The translations under genes and the position numbers were made by a program. 64,000 nt of DNA, taken from assembly GCF_009914755.1 (NCBI RefSeq), contig NC_060944.1. The stretch is one strand, 5' to 3'. Source of the stretch: the human T2T-CHM13v2.0 reference genome, Homo sapiens. Of the stretch, positions 33,524 through 47,290 are shown one piece after another (the stretch's first letter is position 1; each line of letters opens with the position of its first letter). The notes under the pieces were generated by a model, which made no database searches, was not told the DNA's origin, and saw nothing but the letters and a program-made list of their open reading frames with translations.

Positions 33524-34282
33524 CAATGGCTTTCAATAGTTCAAGTGCATTCACACCAGGCGCATTCCTGCGCTTGAGATTCCTAGCATCAGCCAGGAGC
33601 GGCTTAGTGGGAGAAAGAGCTGCGACGGTGATGATAGTGACATTCCAAAGTTTTGTGGCAACATGAAGGAGGAGGTGTGTCTGCGCTTGCACAGTGACTG
33701 CAGCCCTTGGGCAGATGTGGAGAATGTGTGAGGCTAAAGGCTCCCACGCAGCATGGGGCATGGGGAGCCTGAATGTAAGCCCCAGGGCAGGAAGTTTTGC
33801 CTATTTGCTCACCGTGTAATCTCCAGCATCTAGAATAGCATAGTAGGCCTTTGGTAAATATCTGTTGAATGGAAGGACTAAAATTAGTTCTGGAAGTGTC
33901 TGGGGATGGGGCTTAAGTTACCTCTGCAGGGTCTCCAAGGCTAAATCCTTTTCCTGAGTTAGAAAAACAGGGCTGTTCTCACTGAAGTTTTGGCCTTCAG
34001 AGTGTGATGAGGAGTGCAAAGGGGCACGGGGCAGCTTCAAGGACAGGGCTGGGACCACAGAGGGTGAGAAAAGGGCACAAGGGAGGAGGGGTGCTCCCAA
34101 GATGGCAGCCCCTAGAGATCTGGGCTGGGTCTTGCTTTCCTCCCTGGGGCCAGTGCAGCAGGAGAGGGTGCTGGGTAGGGGTGCTGGGGGCTGAGAGGAC
34201 CAACCCAGCTTCACCAGGCCCAGAAGAGAAGATGCACACAGGGAGAAGGCAGCTGTATGCAGTGGGCTCAATAAAGAGGATT

Positions 34283-34585
34283 TGGGCTGGGCGTGGTGAG
34301 TCATGCCTATAATCTCAGTGCTTTGGGAGGCCAAGTGGGGAGGATGGCTTGAGGCCAGGAATTCCAGACCAACCTGGGCAACACAGCAAGACCCCATCTC
34401 TATGATACATTTAAAAAAAAATTAGCCAGGTGAGTGGTGCACACCTGTAGTTCTAGTTACTTGGGAGGCTCAGGTGAGGGGATCAGTTGAGCCCAGGAGT
34501 TCAAGGTTGGTTACGGCAAGCACTCCAGCCTGGGTGATGGAATGAGAAATGAAACCCTGTCTCTAAATAAATAAATAAATAAAAA
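34283..34585 (+). mobile_element. AluJ
   Basis: J-type dimer with (TAAA)n tail. Confidence 0.88.
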
Positions 34586-35168
34586 GATTTGCCTCTGTAT
34601 AACAGGAGTTTGAATTTAGGGCTCAAAAAGTCAAGTACATTCTCAAAATCACTCAGAGAGTGACAAAATCAGGATTCAATTTCACATCTTTCTAATTCCA
34701 GAGCCTGACTTTTTTTCACTCCGCTAAAAAAAGTGACGTCACAGGCACATGGCAGGCATGGAGCCCCAGGCGAGCCAGGTCTCAGTCTGGGTCAGTGTAG
34801 CCCCAGGGCTGGGATCAGAACCACAGTCGTTCTGGAGACAGGGCCAAACTAGGGTTAGAGGTCAGGGAGGCCAGGCCTGAGAACAACAGGCTTTCCGGGC
34901 TTTGTGCCCCCAGCCAGACACAGTGTCCTGGGATTGGTGGCAGGGCCTGCTGGAGCCCCCAGCTCCCTCTTTCCACCCCCCATCTAGGGCCTGGCCTGAC
35001 CTTCCTCCCCAGGGCAAGGAACTGGCCTGGCTCTTATCCTGGAGGAGGCTGCAGCTGCTCCTGCAGCCCTGGTCCCAGCAGACAAAGGCGCTTTCTTTCC
35101 TAGTACAAGGTCTTGATTGCATGTTGCCCTGGATCCAAAAGTTCCTATGGAGGAAGCAGTTTCCTCCC

Positions 35169-35172
<4 letters not shown>

Positions 35173-35200
<28 letters not shown>

Positions 35201-35545
35201 CACGCACGTGTGTGCTGGGTTTCAGGGAGTTGGGCTGTCAGGGAGTGCAAGCCCTCTCCCAGCCTCCTGGGTTTAGCCTGGCATTGCTCAATCTGCATCC
35301 TTTGTGTACATCTCTAAGTGTCTATGCATGTGTGTGTACGTGGTGGTGTGTGATTGTATGTATGAGCATGTTTGTGCATGTCCCTGCAGCTGCAGGTGCG
35401 ACTGCCTAGTATGTACCTGTGCATATTTCTGTACACATCAGCACATGCTTATACACAGTCGCAAGCCTACGTATCTGTGTAACTTGTGTCTGTGCCCACA
35501 TGCGTTTGGGGGTGTATGCATATGTTTCATGTGTGTGTCTACATG
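35173..35545. repeat. (TG)n microsatellite and degenerate TG-rich tract
   Basis: Pure (TG)n at about 35173-35200; degenerate tgtg/catg repeats at 35300-35545. Confidence 0.85.
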
Positions 35546-36424
35546 AGACACCTGGTACCAGGTCCCTAACTCTGCTGCCTCTGGCTGTGCCTCCCCACAC
35601 CCTCTGCTGCTGTGTGGGGGCTCTGCAGTATGCAAGTCCTCCTAAAATAGCCCCCTTTCTTCTTCCCAACCCCCGGCCCCGCCTCTGCATTTGTCTGGGA
35701 ACAACCTGGCCTCTTTCAGCTCTGGGAGGAAGACAGGTTTGTACAGCTTGGCTTGGCCCATACACTTTCCAAAACTCTCTGGCTCCCAGCCAAACTCTTT
35801 ATAAAAAGGCTCATGGGGAATAGCCTAACAGGAAGGTGGGAACTCTGCCTGGGGGGCTCAGGAACCCTGCTCCAAGCCCCAAGATTAAATGGGAGCATCA
35901 GTCAGCTGAACTTCAGCCAGAGACGGCCCTGCAGCCTGAAGGTGAACTTGGTCAATGGACCCTTCACCCCCAAAGATGGGGACACAGCATCTCAAGGTCT
36001 CATGTCCAGGGTGGCAGAGCTCGGAGGGGTCCCAGGGCTCAGGCAGCTCAACTCCCCATGGGCACACTGGAGGGAGAGGCCCAGAGTGATGCCCCAGACC
36101 AGGCAGGAGCTGAGCCACTTCCTAGCATCCTGCAGCCCCAGGCCCTGGTGACCCTGCCATGGATAACCCTGGGTCTGCCTCTTCTGCAGGGAGGTGGGTG
36201 CCACTGCCAGACTTCAGAGTAGCAGGCTCTGAGCCTGGCTGGCCCTTTTGCTCAAGGCCTCCTGAGTCCATATCACAAAGTCAGTGTTTGAGCACAGGGT
36301 TGGTTTACCCAGCACTTGCCTTACTTGGGGTGCAGGGGACCTCAAGCTGTTTCTCCTAGTCCCACTGAGGCACAAGAGAGGGGCTTTCTGTACTGCTATC
36401 TCCCCTACTGGGGCTCAACCCAGT

Positions 36425-36721
<297 letters not shown>

Positions 36722-38336
36722 TCCACTGGGTCTTAAGGGTGCCCTAGGGTGAAGATGGGAGGGCAGTCCAATGGGTAAGACCCTATCTCAAGTGGATGCT
36801 CAGGGCACAGGTGGCACCCCCCTCACTGGTCTGTCACAGGAGACACAGGGGCTGCTGCTGGAGATGCCACAGCCGTGTGGGAGGGGCAGGCTGGTGGGGC
36901 AACTGAGGAAGAGGATCCCAGAAGCCTGGGTTCAGACATGGCTCCAGGGGGCTCCTGGGTGCTGGAAACAGACGAGACACCCTCAAAGAGGCTGGTTCCT
37001 TCAGTCCATCCCCACTGACCGCTGCCAACCACCCCTTTCCTCTTCCCTTCAGAAACCTTTTTCCAGGCGGGAGGGATGGTAGCTGGGAAGCTTTGCTCTT
37101 ATCTGGCATGTGCCCAGGCCAGGCACCGAAACTCAAAAGCCAAGCAGAGAATCTTTTTTTGTCTGCTTCCGATTGTCGTACCTTGTCCCTGAGAGACACT
37201 CATGGACCAGCCCAGCTTGAAAAGGAGCCAGAGAACACAAGAAACAACCAGTAACTCCAAAGAAAGGTCAGGGTTTCAAGAACATTGTGCCCCCCCGGTT
37301 GACTGTGCAGAGCAAGTACCTCTTTGGATGGAGGTTTTATTTCTTTGAACTCTTGTTCCTTACAGAGGCTGGGAGTGGTTGGGCCCACAGGGTGGGGGTG
37401 GTGGACTCCTTGTCCTTGGGCCTGTTTTGGGGATGCTGGGTTGCGCACTGGGAGTGGAGTTGGTGGGGGCTCTGAATTCTCCCACGCTCAGTCTAGGGAT
37501 GGGAGCTGCCTCTTTCTTCCCTCATGGGATGCTAATTATCCTCAACTTGTCTGGGAGAAGAAAGGAAGTAGCTGCAGGGGCTTAGCCAGGAGGAACACCT
37601 GCTCCCCTGCCCCACCGCCCTCCAGCTCTCCCTCCCTCCCTCCTTCCCTCTCTCTCAGATGCACACCAACACTAGGAGTATCCTTATATACGTATGTGCT
37701 GCTTCTTGACGGGGAAATTTGACAAGGGACTGGGGTGAGGGTAGGGGTGTCTTCTACCTGGGGAGGCCCAAGGGGCTGCGGCTGGGGGCTTTCCTCAGCC
37801 TCATACAATCCACCGCCCCGCCCCCAACCCCTGCCCAAGGCACTCACGGTGCCTTGTGCCTCCGGGCTCTTTGCCGGTCTGGAAAGTCTGGGATCTGTGA
37901 ATGGAAAAGCCTGGGTCAGAGCTGGAGTGGGGAGTGGGTGGGGGTTGGGAGCTGTGTCTACAGAGTTTAGAGTTTTCTTGGTCTGAGCCAGGAAAGAGTC
38001 TAAACACCCAGCAGTGCTGAGTCCTTGCCTGCCCTGTGCAGCGTGGACCTTCCTCGGCCCAGCTCTCCTGCCCTATGCAGGCTTTGGGAGTCCCTGAGGA
38101 TTTTCAAAGAGCCCCAAGGCGCTGGGGACAGAGAAAGGTGAGGCCAGGTTGTCATCCTGAGGGGGAACAGGCACACACAGCCAGCAGGGGCCTGATGGTA
38201 GATGAGACCAGGGTGACGTGGCAAAGCTGCTTCAGTCTGGCCACAGCACTGCATCGACCTGGACTCTTGAGCCTCTCCTAGTGTCCTGCTTCTGAGAGCC
38301 AGCTGGACATCTCAGTGGGGAACAGGACAGTCACTC

Positions 38337-38470
38337 TCGAGGCAGGAGGATCGCTTGAGCCCAGGAGTTCGAGGCTACAGTGAGCTGTGATCACACCACT
38401 GCACTCCAGCCTGGGTGACAGAGGGAGATTTTGTCTCAAAAAAACAAAAACAAAAACAGACAAACAAAAA
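38337..38470 (+). mobile_element. AluJ right-arm fragment
   Basis: gaggcaggaggatcgcttgagcccaggagttcgaggctacagtgagc. Confidence 0.85.
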
Positions 38471-38641
38471 AGACTCAGTGTGAAGAGGGGAGGGGGACAG
38501 GGCAACTCCAGTGTTTCCTCCAAAGTGAAAGTATGCCCTCGGGTTTGGAGGCTGGCCCTCAAGAAGCATGCCCAAAGCCAAGGGCTTCTTGGAAGCATTT
38601 TATCTCAAAAGTAGACATGAATCTTATATTCCACTATGTGA

Positions 38642-39650
<1,009 letters not shown>

Positions 39651-40599
39651 CACCCTGGGAAGAAAGCGTGTTGGGCCTGTGGCTCCACATGCAAAGCCAA
39701 GGCCTGAGCAAGAACACTAGATTCTGGAATCAGACCCATCTCTAAATTCTTGTTCTTCCTCATTAGTTATGCCACTGAAGGCAGGTGACAACCTACCTGA
39801 GCCTGGTCCTCTCCTGGAGAACGTGTTTTGGAATGAGCTCACAGAAGGCCTGCACAGTAGGTATTGACTAAGCAGTGCTGTGGCCACCTTTAGTGGTGCA
39901 TGTAGCTGAGCTGCCTGGGTAGGAGGAAGGTCATGGCCAGCAGATGAGTGGGTGAGATGTGCCTCTTCCCCCTCCCTAGTCAGCTCCCCCATCCTTTTCC
40001 CCAGGTCATTCTAGCTGAACAGTTGTCCTACTCCCTGCCATCCTTCTTTCCACCTTCCAAGATTGGACACTGCTTCTCATGGGGCTCCTTGGCCCTGGGC
40101 TGGTGAGTCCAAGCACTTAGACACTTACTCCCTAGGATAAGCCCCAGCTCAGAGGCCTCCCAACACCAGCACTGCGGGATGGGAGGGAAAAACTGAGGCT
40201 AACTGCCTCCCCACTGGCCTCAGGGATGGTAGCTGCAGTGCAAGGGCCAGAGCAGCCTCTCTCCCCTTGCTCATCATTTGTGCTTAGTGCTATTTTATGA
40301 AGCTGCACTCTAGAGGGATGGCCTGCTCCAAGCCTCAGACTAAAGATGCCCAGCTCCCCTCCTGGTCAGTTTACAGTTCTGGGTTTACTCCTTCTGAGTT
40401 CCCGAAGCCCAGCCCTGACATTTTCCAGCTGGATGATTGGGCAAGTTACTTAGCCTCTTTGGGCCTGGGCCTGTTTCCTTGTATGTATGAGGATAACCTC
40501 ATAGGGTTATTGCGGGGATTAAGAATTTGGCCATAACATATGTAGAACAAATCCTACTCACAGGAAGTGCCTAGTAAATAGCACACTATTGCTACTAAG

Positions 40600-41328
40600 T
40601 AAGGTTACCAGATAAAATACAGGCTGTCTGGTTAAATTTGAGTTCCAGATAAACAACAGATTTTTTAGGCTGGGGGTGGTGGCTCACGTCTGTAATCCCA
40701 GCGCTGTGGGAGGCTGAGGTGAGAGGATTGCTTGAGGCCAGGAGTTTGAGACCAGCTAGGGCAACATATCAAGATCCCATCTCTACAAAAGATAAAAAAT
40801 TAGCTGGGCATGGTGGCTCATGCCTGTGGTCCCAGCTACTTCAGAGGCTGAGGAGGGGGCGTCGCTTAAGCCTGGGAGTTTTGAGGTTGCATTTTTTTTT
40901 TAGAGACAGGGTCTGGCTCTGCTGGCCAGGCTGGAGTGTAGTGTTGTGATCACAGCTTCCTGCAGCCTCAACCTCCTGGGCTCAAGTGATCCTCCCACCT
41001 CAGCCTCCTGAGTAGCTGGGACCACATGCACACACCATCATGCCTGGCTAATTTTTCAAAATATTTTTTGTACAGATGAGGCCTCTGTATGTTGCCCAGG
41101 CTCAAACTCCTGGATTCAAGTGATCCTCCCCCTTCAGCCTTCCAAAGTGCTGGAATTACATGGTGAGCCACCACACCCAGCCAAAAATATTTAAATAAAT
41201 TTAAAAAGGGAAAATTTTTAAAAGTGCATATACCAAATACTGTATGAGATATACTTACTCTAAAAAATGTCTACATGAAATTAAAATTTAACTGGGCGTT
41301 AACTTTCCCTCCTAAATCTGGCACTCCT
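40600..41328. mobile_element. MER33-like hAT MITE containing two abutting inverted AluJ (40668-40891 +, 40892-41183 -)
   Basis: Left end aggttaccagataaaatacagg...gttaaatttgag; right end aaaatttaactgggcg...aaatctggcactcct. Confidence 0.7.
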
Positions 41329-41641
41329 ACACTGAGGGAGGCTCCACAAACCCAGGAACTTTCCTGTTCCCCAGCCCCAAAACAGCCCCCACATCCCTCT
41401 AGTCCACCCAGCACAATGCGCTCATGCAGAAAAACCTTCTTTCCTGCGGGCAGGACAGAAAGCTGGTTTCCCACAGTGCTCTGAGACCAATCCCAGATCC
41501 ACTCTGTACTTGCCTTGGGACTTGGAACAAGCTCTTCCTTGCCCCTTCCTTATCCTGTTTTTCCAGTGAGACTGGTAAATCCTCTTGCTGGCTATCCAGA
41601 AGGAGTAAAAGACCTATGATTCAACAGAATCAGCAGTATTA

Positions 41642-41962
<321 letters not shown>

Positions 41963-43208
41963 TTAATCATTTCAATGAACCCCATCAACAGCCCTATTAG
42001 TGCAAACTATCATTATCCCCATTTTACAGATGAGGAAACAGACTTGGAGAAGGGTGTTCCAAGTGGCTGTTCCTCCCCTGCAACTGGCCCTCATTCTAGG
42101 TCTTCCCATTGTCCTCCAAGGCTTGGGCTGAGCCAGAACTCAAACCCCAAGGCCATCTAGGAGGCACCAACTTGTCACAGCCATGCTCAGACTCCATGTC
42201 CAAATTAACCTCATCAGCTTCCCAGAAGGAGCCAGCGTTGAACTCACCCTTTTCCCTATTCCCTATTTTGTCCCATAGATACCTTGCTGAGTTTGGATTA
42301 TGAAAGTGGCCACAATGCCCACCACTAGGCAGCCAAGATCTAAATTACTGGGCTGGGTGAACCCTACTTCTGACCTAATAAATAAATCCTGTGGTTTCCA
42401 GAAGAGGTAAATGAACAATACTTCTTACAAGAGGCCATTTAAGGAATCTGGTGTAAATGAATCTAGCATCAAGTTTTCCAGAGGGTGTGACACTTATTTG
42501 AGTGTTCTGTTTTTCCTGGTGCCAATTTTTCCGAGTGTAATTTCTTCACTTTTGGTTTCTGAGATAGAGGCCCCAGAATGTTATCACGAAAGGCAAAATT
42601 GGGGTGCTGTCTCCCCAGCTGGTGGGACTGCGGGGTCTAGCCCAGCTCTGCTGTTCATGATTGACAAGATAGCTTTGGCAGCCTCTCTGCTGGCTTTCAG
42701 GAGGCAAATTCGATGTTGGCATCCCTCTACCCAGTGCCCAAGATGCTGTGAGGACAAATGAGGTCACTAATGGCAAACACACACCAACAGTAGTCCAGTG
42801 TGCTGAACCAACTATTCCTATTCTGCCCTTGTACAAGGTAGTATTTCCTGGGACAGTGTTTTAGGTAAAAAATGAAACCAAGACCCTTTACTACTTATTG
42901 TTTAAGTTATTATGAGGGCTCCCTATATCTTGATTAGAGGCCTATAAAACCTAAGGCCTTCCTGTAACAATGCCCATCCATGCTTCAGGCCATTCATGCA
43001 CCCATCTGATGGTGCTTAGTTGGGACCCAACAAGATGAGGCTGCGTCAGTCTCTTGCTCAGCCTTCAAAGAGGCTTTGGCACTTTCCTGCCAGCCTCATT
43101 GGTAACTTCTGACCCACCCCTTTTGGGGTTGAGACACCATGCTCAGGAGCACAGAGTTCTGAAAAACCTTGAGAATTTCAGCTACCCTGGTGATCCTGTG
43201 TTTTATGA

Positions 43209-43667
<459 letters not shown>

Positions 43668-43904
43668 CCAACTCCCTTCTAGGGCATGTTTTAACCACGT
43701 GTTCTGGTCAGTTGGTCAAGAGACAGGCCAAGTCAACCCTCATGATGAATATTCGACAAGCCCTCAGTAGGGTGCCCAGCACGGATCAGACACCTCGGAA
43801 AGGCGATGGGCATACCATGTACTCATCAATGCCCCAGGCAGCAGGAGACACCCAAGTGCCACTGAATTCCTCAAATACAAATGTGACTTTTAAACTTTTT
43901 CTTT

Positions 43905-46393
43905 TGTTTTTAAATCCAGGATCAAGACCACAATTTATTATGTAAGACATGGGGTGAAGAATGGTCAAGGAAAGTTATGGCCGTGAGTGACATGGAATTA
44001 GATGAAAAGGCTCAAGTTTGCTGAAGAGAGTTTAAATTTGGCTTTTGCTCTTGGAAACGTCAAAATAATCATAAGAAGCACTTGTGCCTTACAGAGCAAA
44101 TAATCCACAGAGTGTCATATTCATTTTGCAAACAGGGTCACAACAGCAGTCAAATAGAAGCCTGAACACCCAGAGAGTTAACATACAGATTCCATAAGGA
44201 TAACAAGGGATTGAGCATGCTGGTGGGTTTTTAAGTCAGATCCACATTGAACCCTGTGACCTACCGGAGGTTATAAGTGGAACCCGGGGAAAGCAGCTTT
44301 TCCATACAAAACAACAACAACACAACGACAACAAAGAAAACCAGACTCTGCTGGATGTCTATAATACTCATTTGCAGTAAGGCTTTCAAGATACAGGAAT
44401 TTTTATAGCATTTGTATTTTAAGGATTTAGGGCAAATACATTTTTTTTTCTACTTGATAAAAAGAAAATTAGTACTTAAAAGGTTCAAAAATATATTGAT
44501 TGAGTTATTTTTCTTACATAAATAAATTATATTGATTTTTAGGATTTAACAGCTGAAAAAACCCTTTCTGCTTCCACTGGAGGCAAAACTGAACAAAATG
44601 TTAGTTAAATAGAGAGAGCAGCATTTCTAAGAAATCTGTGGTCAGCATTATAGACCATCTATGCTACAAGGATGTCATTAAATAGGATTTGTTCAATTAC
44701 TGGATTCTTCTTCTATGATCAGTTATAGAATTTCTGGTTTATATCTCTGATTCATAAAACTGGGACTCCACTTTTTGAAGATACATCTGATTGATTTTTT
44801 TCAGTCATGATTTAACAGACTTCTTTGAGATGCTCATTTTAACATTTACATAATTTATAATCCCAAATGTATAAAAGACAATGAAAAAAGCATCATAAAT
44901 AAATAATGCAAAATGAAATAGTTATGTCAGACTTTTGGACCTTCTGATAAATTAGCAAAACTGTAACAGAAAAAGTAAAAAATACAGTAAATTGTGACAA
45001 CAAAAAGTGAAACTGGTACTAGTAACACTTGCAACATTTCCAAGGGTCCTGCGCAGCCCTGCGCCCCCAGAGTACTGAACCATGAGCTTACTTCAAGTCT
45101 CAGAGTGTGAACTACCTGTGAAGAGTGAGACCATCAGAAGGGACGTTAACATGAAGGTGAAAGGACATGGGGAAGTGCTGCTTAGGCAGGTTCTTTCTCA
45201 GTTCCTAAACATGGAGAAGCTGAGGAAGAAGAGAAAATAATGTTGACTTGCAATGTAGTTTCGATTAACTGATAATTTGGAATTTGGGTCCAACTGTAAG
45301 ATATAAACAGAATGGAGAAATTAATGGAGAAGTAACTTTTCATAGCTGTATTATAAAGGGTGGCACACATTTGACAGCCTCAGACACTCTTGATCAAAGG
45401 ACCTACTAGCAAGTGTCAAAGTGTTGGGCAACTGTCTTCTTGCAGGCTCCAGAAAGAACCTTATTCTTGGTGAAGGAAAGCCTGAAGTGAAAATCCATTC
45501 GGTCCTGGTGCTCTTTAAACACAGAGAGGCAAATTAATGGCTAGAGAAATCTGTAAGCGAACCAGGTGAGAGCAGAGCGCTAGCCGTGTGCTTGTGAAGC
45601 AGCGTGTAGCTCTACGGAGCGCGGGTCCTTGCCCCACCCCCGTCGACAGCAATAACTCATGGTGGGTAAAGCTTTCTCGCAGCAAGAGGAATCTTTTCAC
45701 TGGTGAGAGGGATGTATAGAAAATAATGCCTAGTCAGTCAGTATTTCTTCTTGCTGCAGGTGTCTGAAAAACCACCAAGGGGGAAATTATATTACTACCG
45801 GTAAGGTTTTTGTTTTTTATAAAGAAATGAATATATGTATTTTCAACCATTAGTTATATACTTCTGTCTATACTACTCACTTAGTAATCATGATAAAATA
45901 GGGAAATATTTTAACTCAAAAATATGCACCAGCACTTCCTTTTTCTGTGCTTTTTGGTTCCCTGTGACATTCTTCCTGTGCAACCCAGCTCACAGAAAAA
46001 GAGCTCCTCTTTGTCTCTGTTCTTCCACCCTTCAATGGTAAAACCCTAGACAGCTTTCTTTTGCCATTTTTCCTCCTCAAGTGAGTGGGAAACTTGGAAG
46101 AGAAGGGGGTAGGGCGTGTCACCAAGTACTGTATTAACTATGATTGCTGGAATGAACTGGATAACAGAATGAGAATTCTGTGCCTCCTAGACTAGGTAGA
46201 CAACACTTATCTAATGAAGTGGTGAGACCCTGCAACTATTAACATCTGTTACCATAGTTCTCAGACAGGAAATCAGGTACGTAATCTTACTTATGGAAAC
46301 ACAGGTTCTTATGGAGGTGAAGTGAGGGAAGTAACAAACCTTTATGGGATAAGAAACTTACAAGTCACAATAATTTCTTAAATGAAAAAAGTT
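43905..46393 (-). other. CHD6: CHD6 3' UTR (end approximate)
   Basis: Repeat-free, U-rich sequence between the stop codon and AATAAA. Confidence 0.7.
43934..43939 (-). terminator. Polyadenylation signal AATAAA (CHD6)
   Basis: tttatt on +, at the end of a repeat-free AT-rich 2.5-kb tract following the CHD6 stop. Confidence 0.65.
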
Positions 46394-47290
46394 CTAATTG
46401 GTGTCGTTGTTGGAGTCTTTGAGTGCCCCCTCCCCAGCCTGTGCCCCATGTTCTCTCTCTGCGGGCAAAGGGGCACTGGGTTCGGCACAGTTCTCATCAC
46501 CGCTGGGCTCCCTTTCACAGCTGGGAGCAGGCTCTGGGTGGGAGTTGGGGTTGTCCCCCTTTGTCTTCTTCTTCTTCCTCTTCTGGCTCTCCAGACCTAC
46601 TATTTCCGAGTGTCTGGCCTGCTGCATGGCTGGCAGAGCCATGCCCATACCAGGGGAGAGGAACATGGATGGGTAAATGAGTCCAGGAGATACTCCTGGG
46701 ATGAGAAATGGGTTAAAAGCCACAGGACTACTAGTAGTTATTGCAGGTTCAGACTGATCAGAAAATGGACCTGGACCAGGCTTGTCCTCAGCTAAAGTGT
46801 CTGTTTTCACATCATGGCTACTCGGCTTGTCTTCCGCAGTCTTTTCAGTCACTGCCGTACCACTTTTCGTTGTGCTTGATAGAGACGCCGGAGCAGTGGA
46901 AGTGCAGGTGGTTGCCATGGGTGGACTGAGGAGTCCCCCAACACCAAACATCTGGGGCACAGCAGCCATGCCTGGCAGCATCATGGGCAGCATGCTCAGG
47001 GTACTTTTGACCTCTTCACCTGTTGGCATCGTGGCAAAGCCAGCTGGAAACCCCACCAGCCCGGTGAGGGGGATGCCTGGCATATTTCTCATGTTCTGAA
47101 GTCCTACCAGGTCCATCCCAGCAATCAGTCCATTCATGAACAGTGGCCCCATTCCAGAGGGAGAGTCTGCCACAATGGAAGGAGCCTTCAGGAGTTCGCT
47201 CCGAGGCCGCCTCCCCCTCCTGCGGGGGCCCGTATCTCGAAGAATAGGCTCAGCCAGAGTGTGATTGAACTTGTTTTCTGGAAGAAACCC
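46394..47290 (-). CDS. CHD6: CHD6 last coding exon
   Basis: Acceptor tttttccAG. Translates GFLPENKFNHTLAEPILRDTGPRRRGRRP...LFMNGLIAGMDL...AFNPFLIPG...DSNNDTN* (CHD6-9 family C-terminal motifs); 897 nt. Confidence 0.95.
   Translation of the reverse strand, partial: GFLPENKFNHTLAEPILRDTGPRRRGRRPRSELLKAPSIVADSPSGMGPLFMNGLIAGMDLVGLQNMRNMPGIPLTGLVGFPAGFATMPTGEEVKSTLSMLPMMLPGMAAVPQMFGVGGLLSPPMATTCTSTAPASLSSTTKSGTAVTEKTAEDKPSSHDVKTDTLAEDKPGPGPFSDQSEPAITTSSPVAFNPFLIPGVSPGLIYPSMFLSPGMGMALPAMQQARHSEIVGLESQKRKKKKTKGDNPNSHPEPAPSCEREPSGDENCAEPSAPLPAEREHGAQAGEGALKDSNNDTN

Noticed and set aside
37920-37952. G-run cluster (potential G-quadruplex)
   Set aside because: Common in GC-rich human DNA, with no associated feature.
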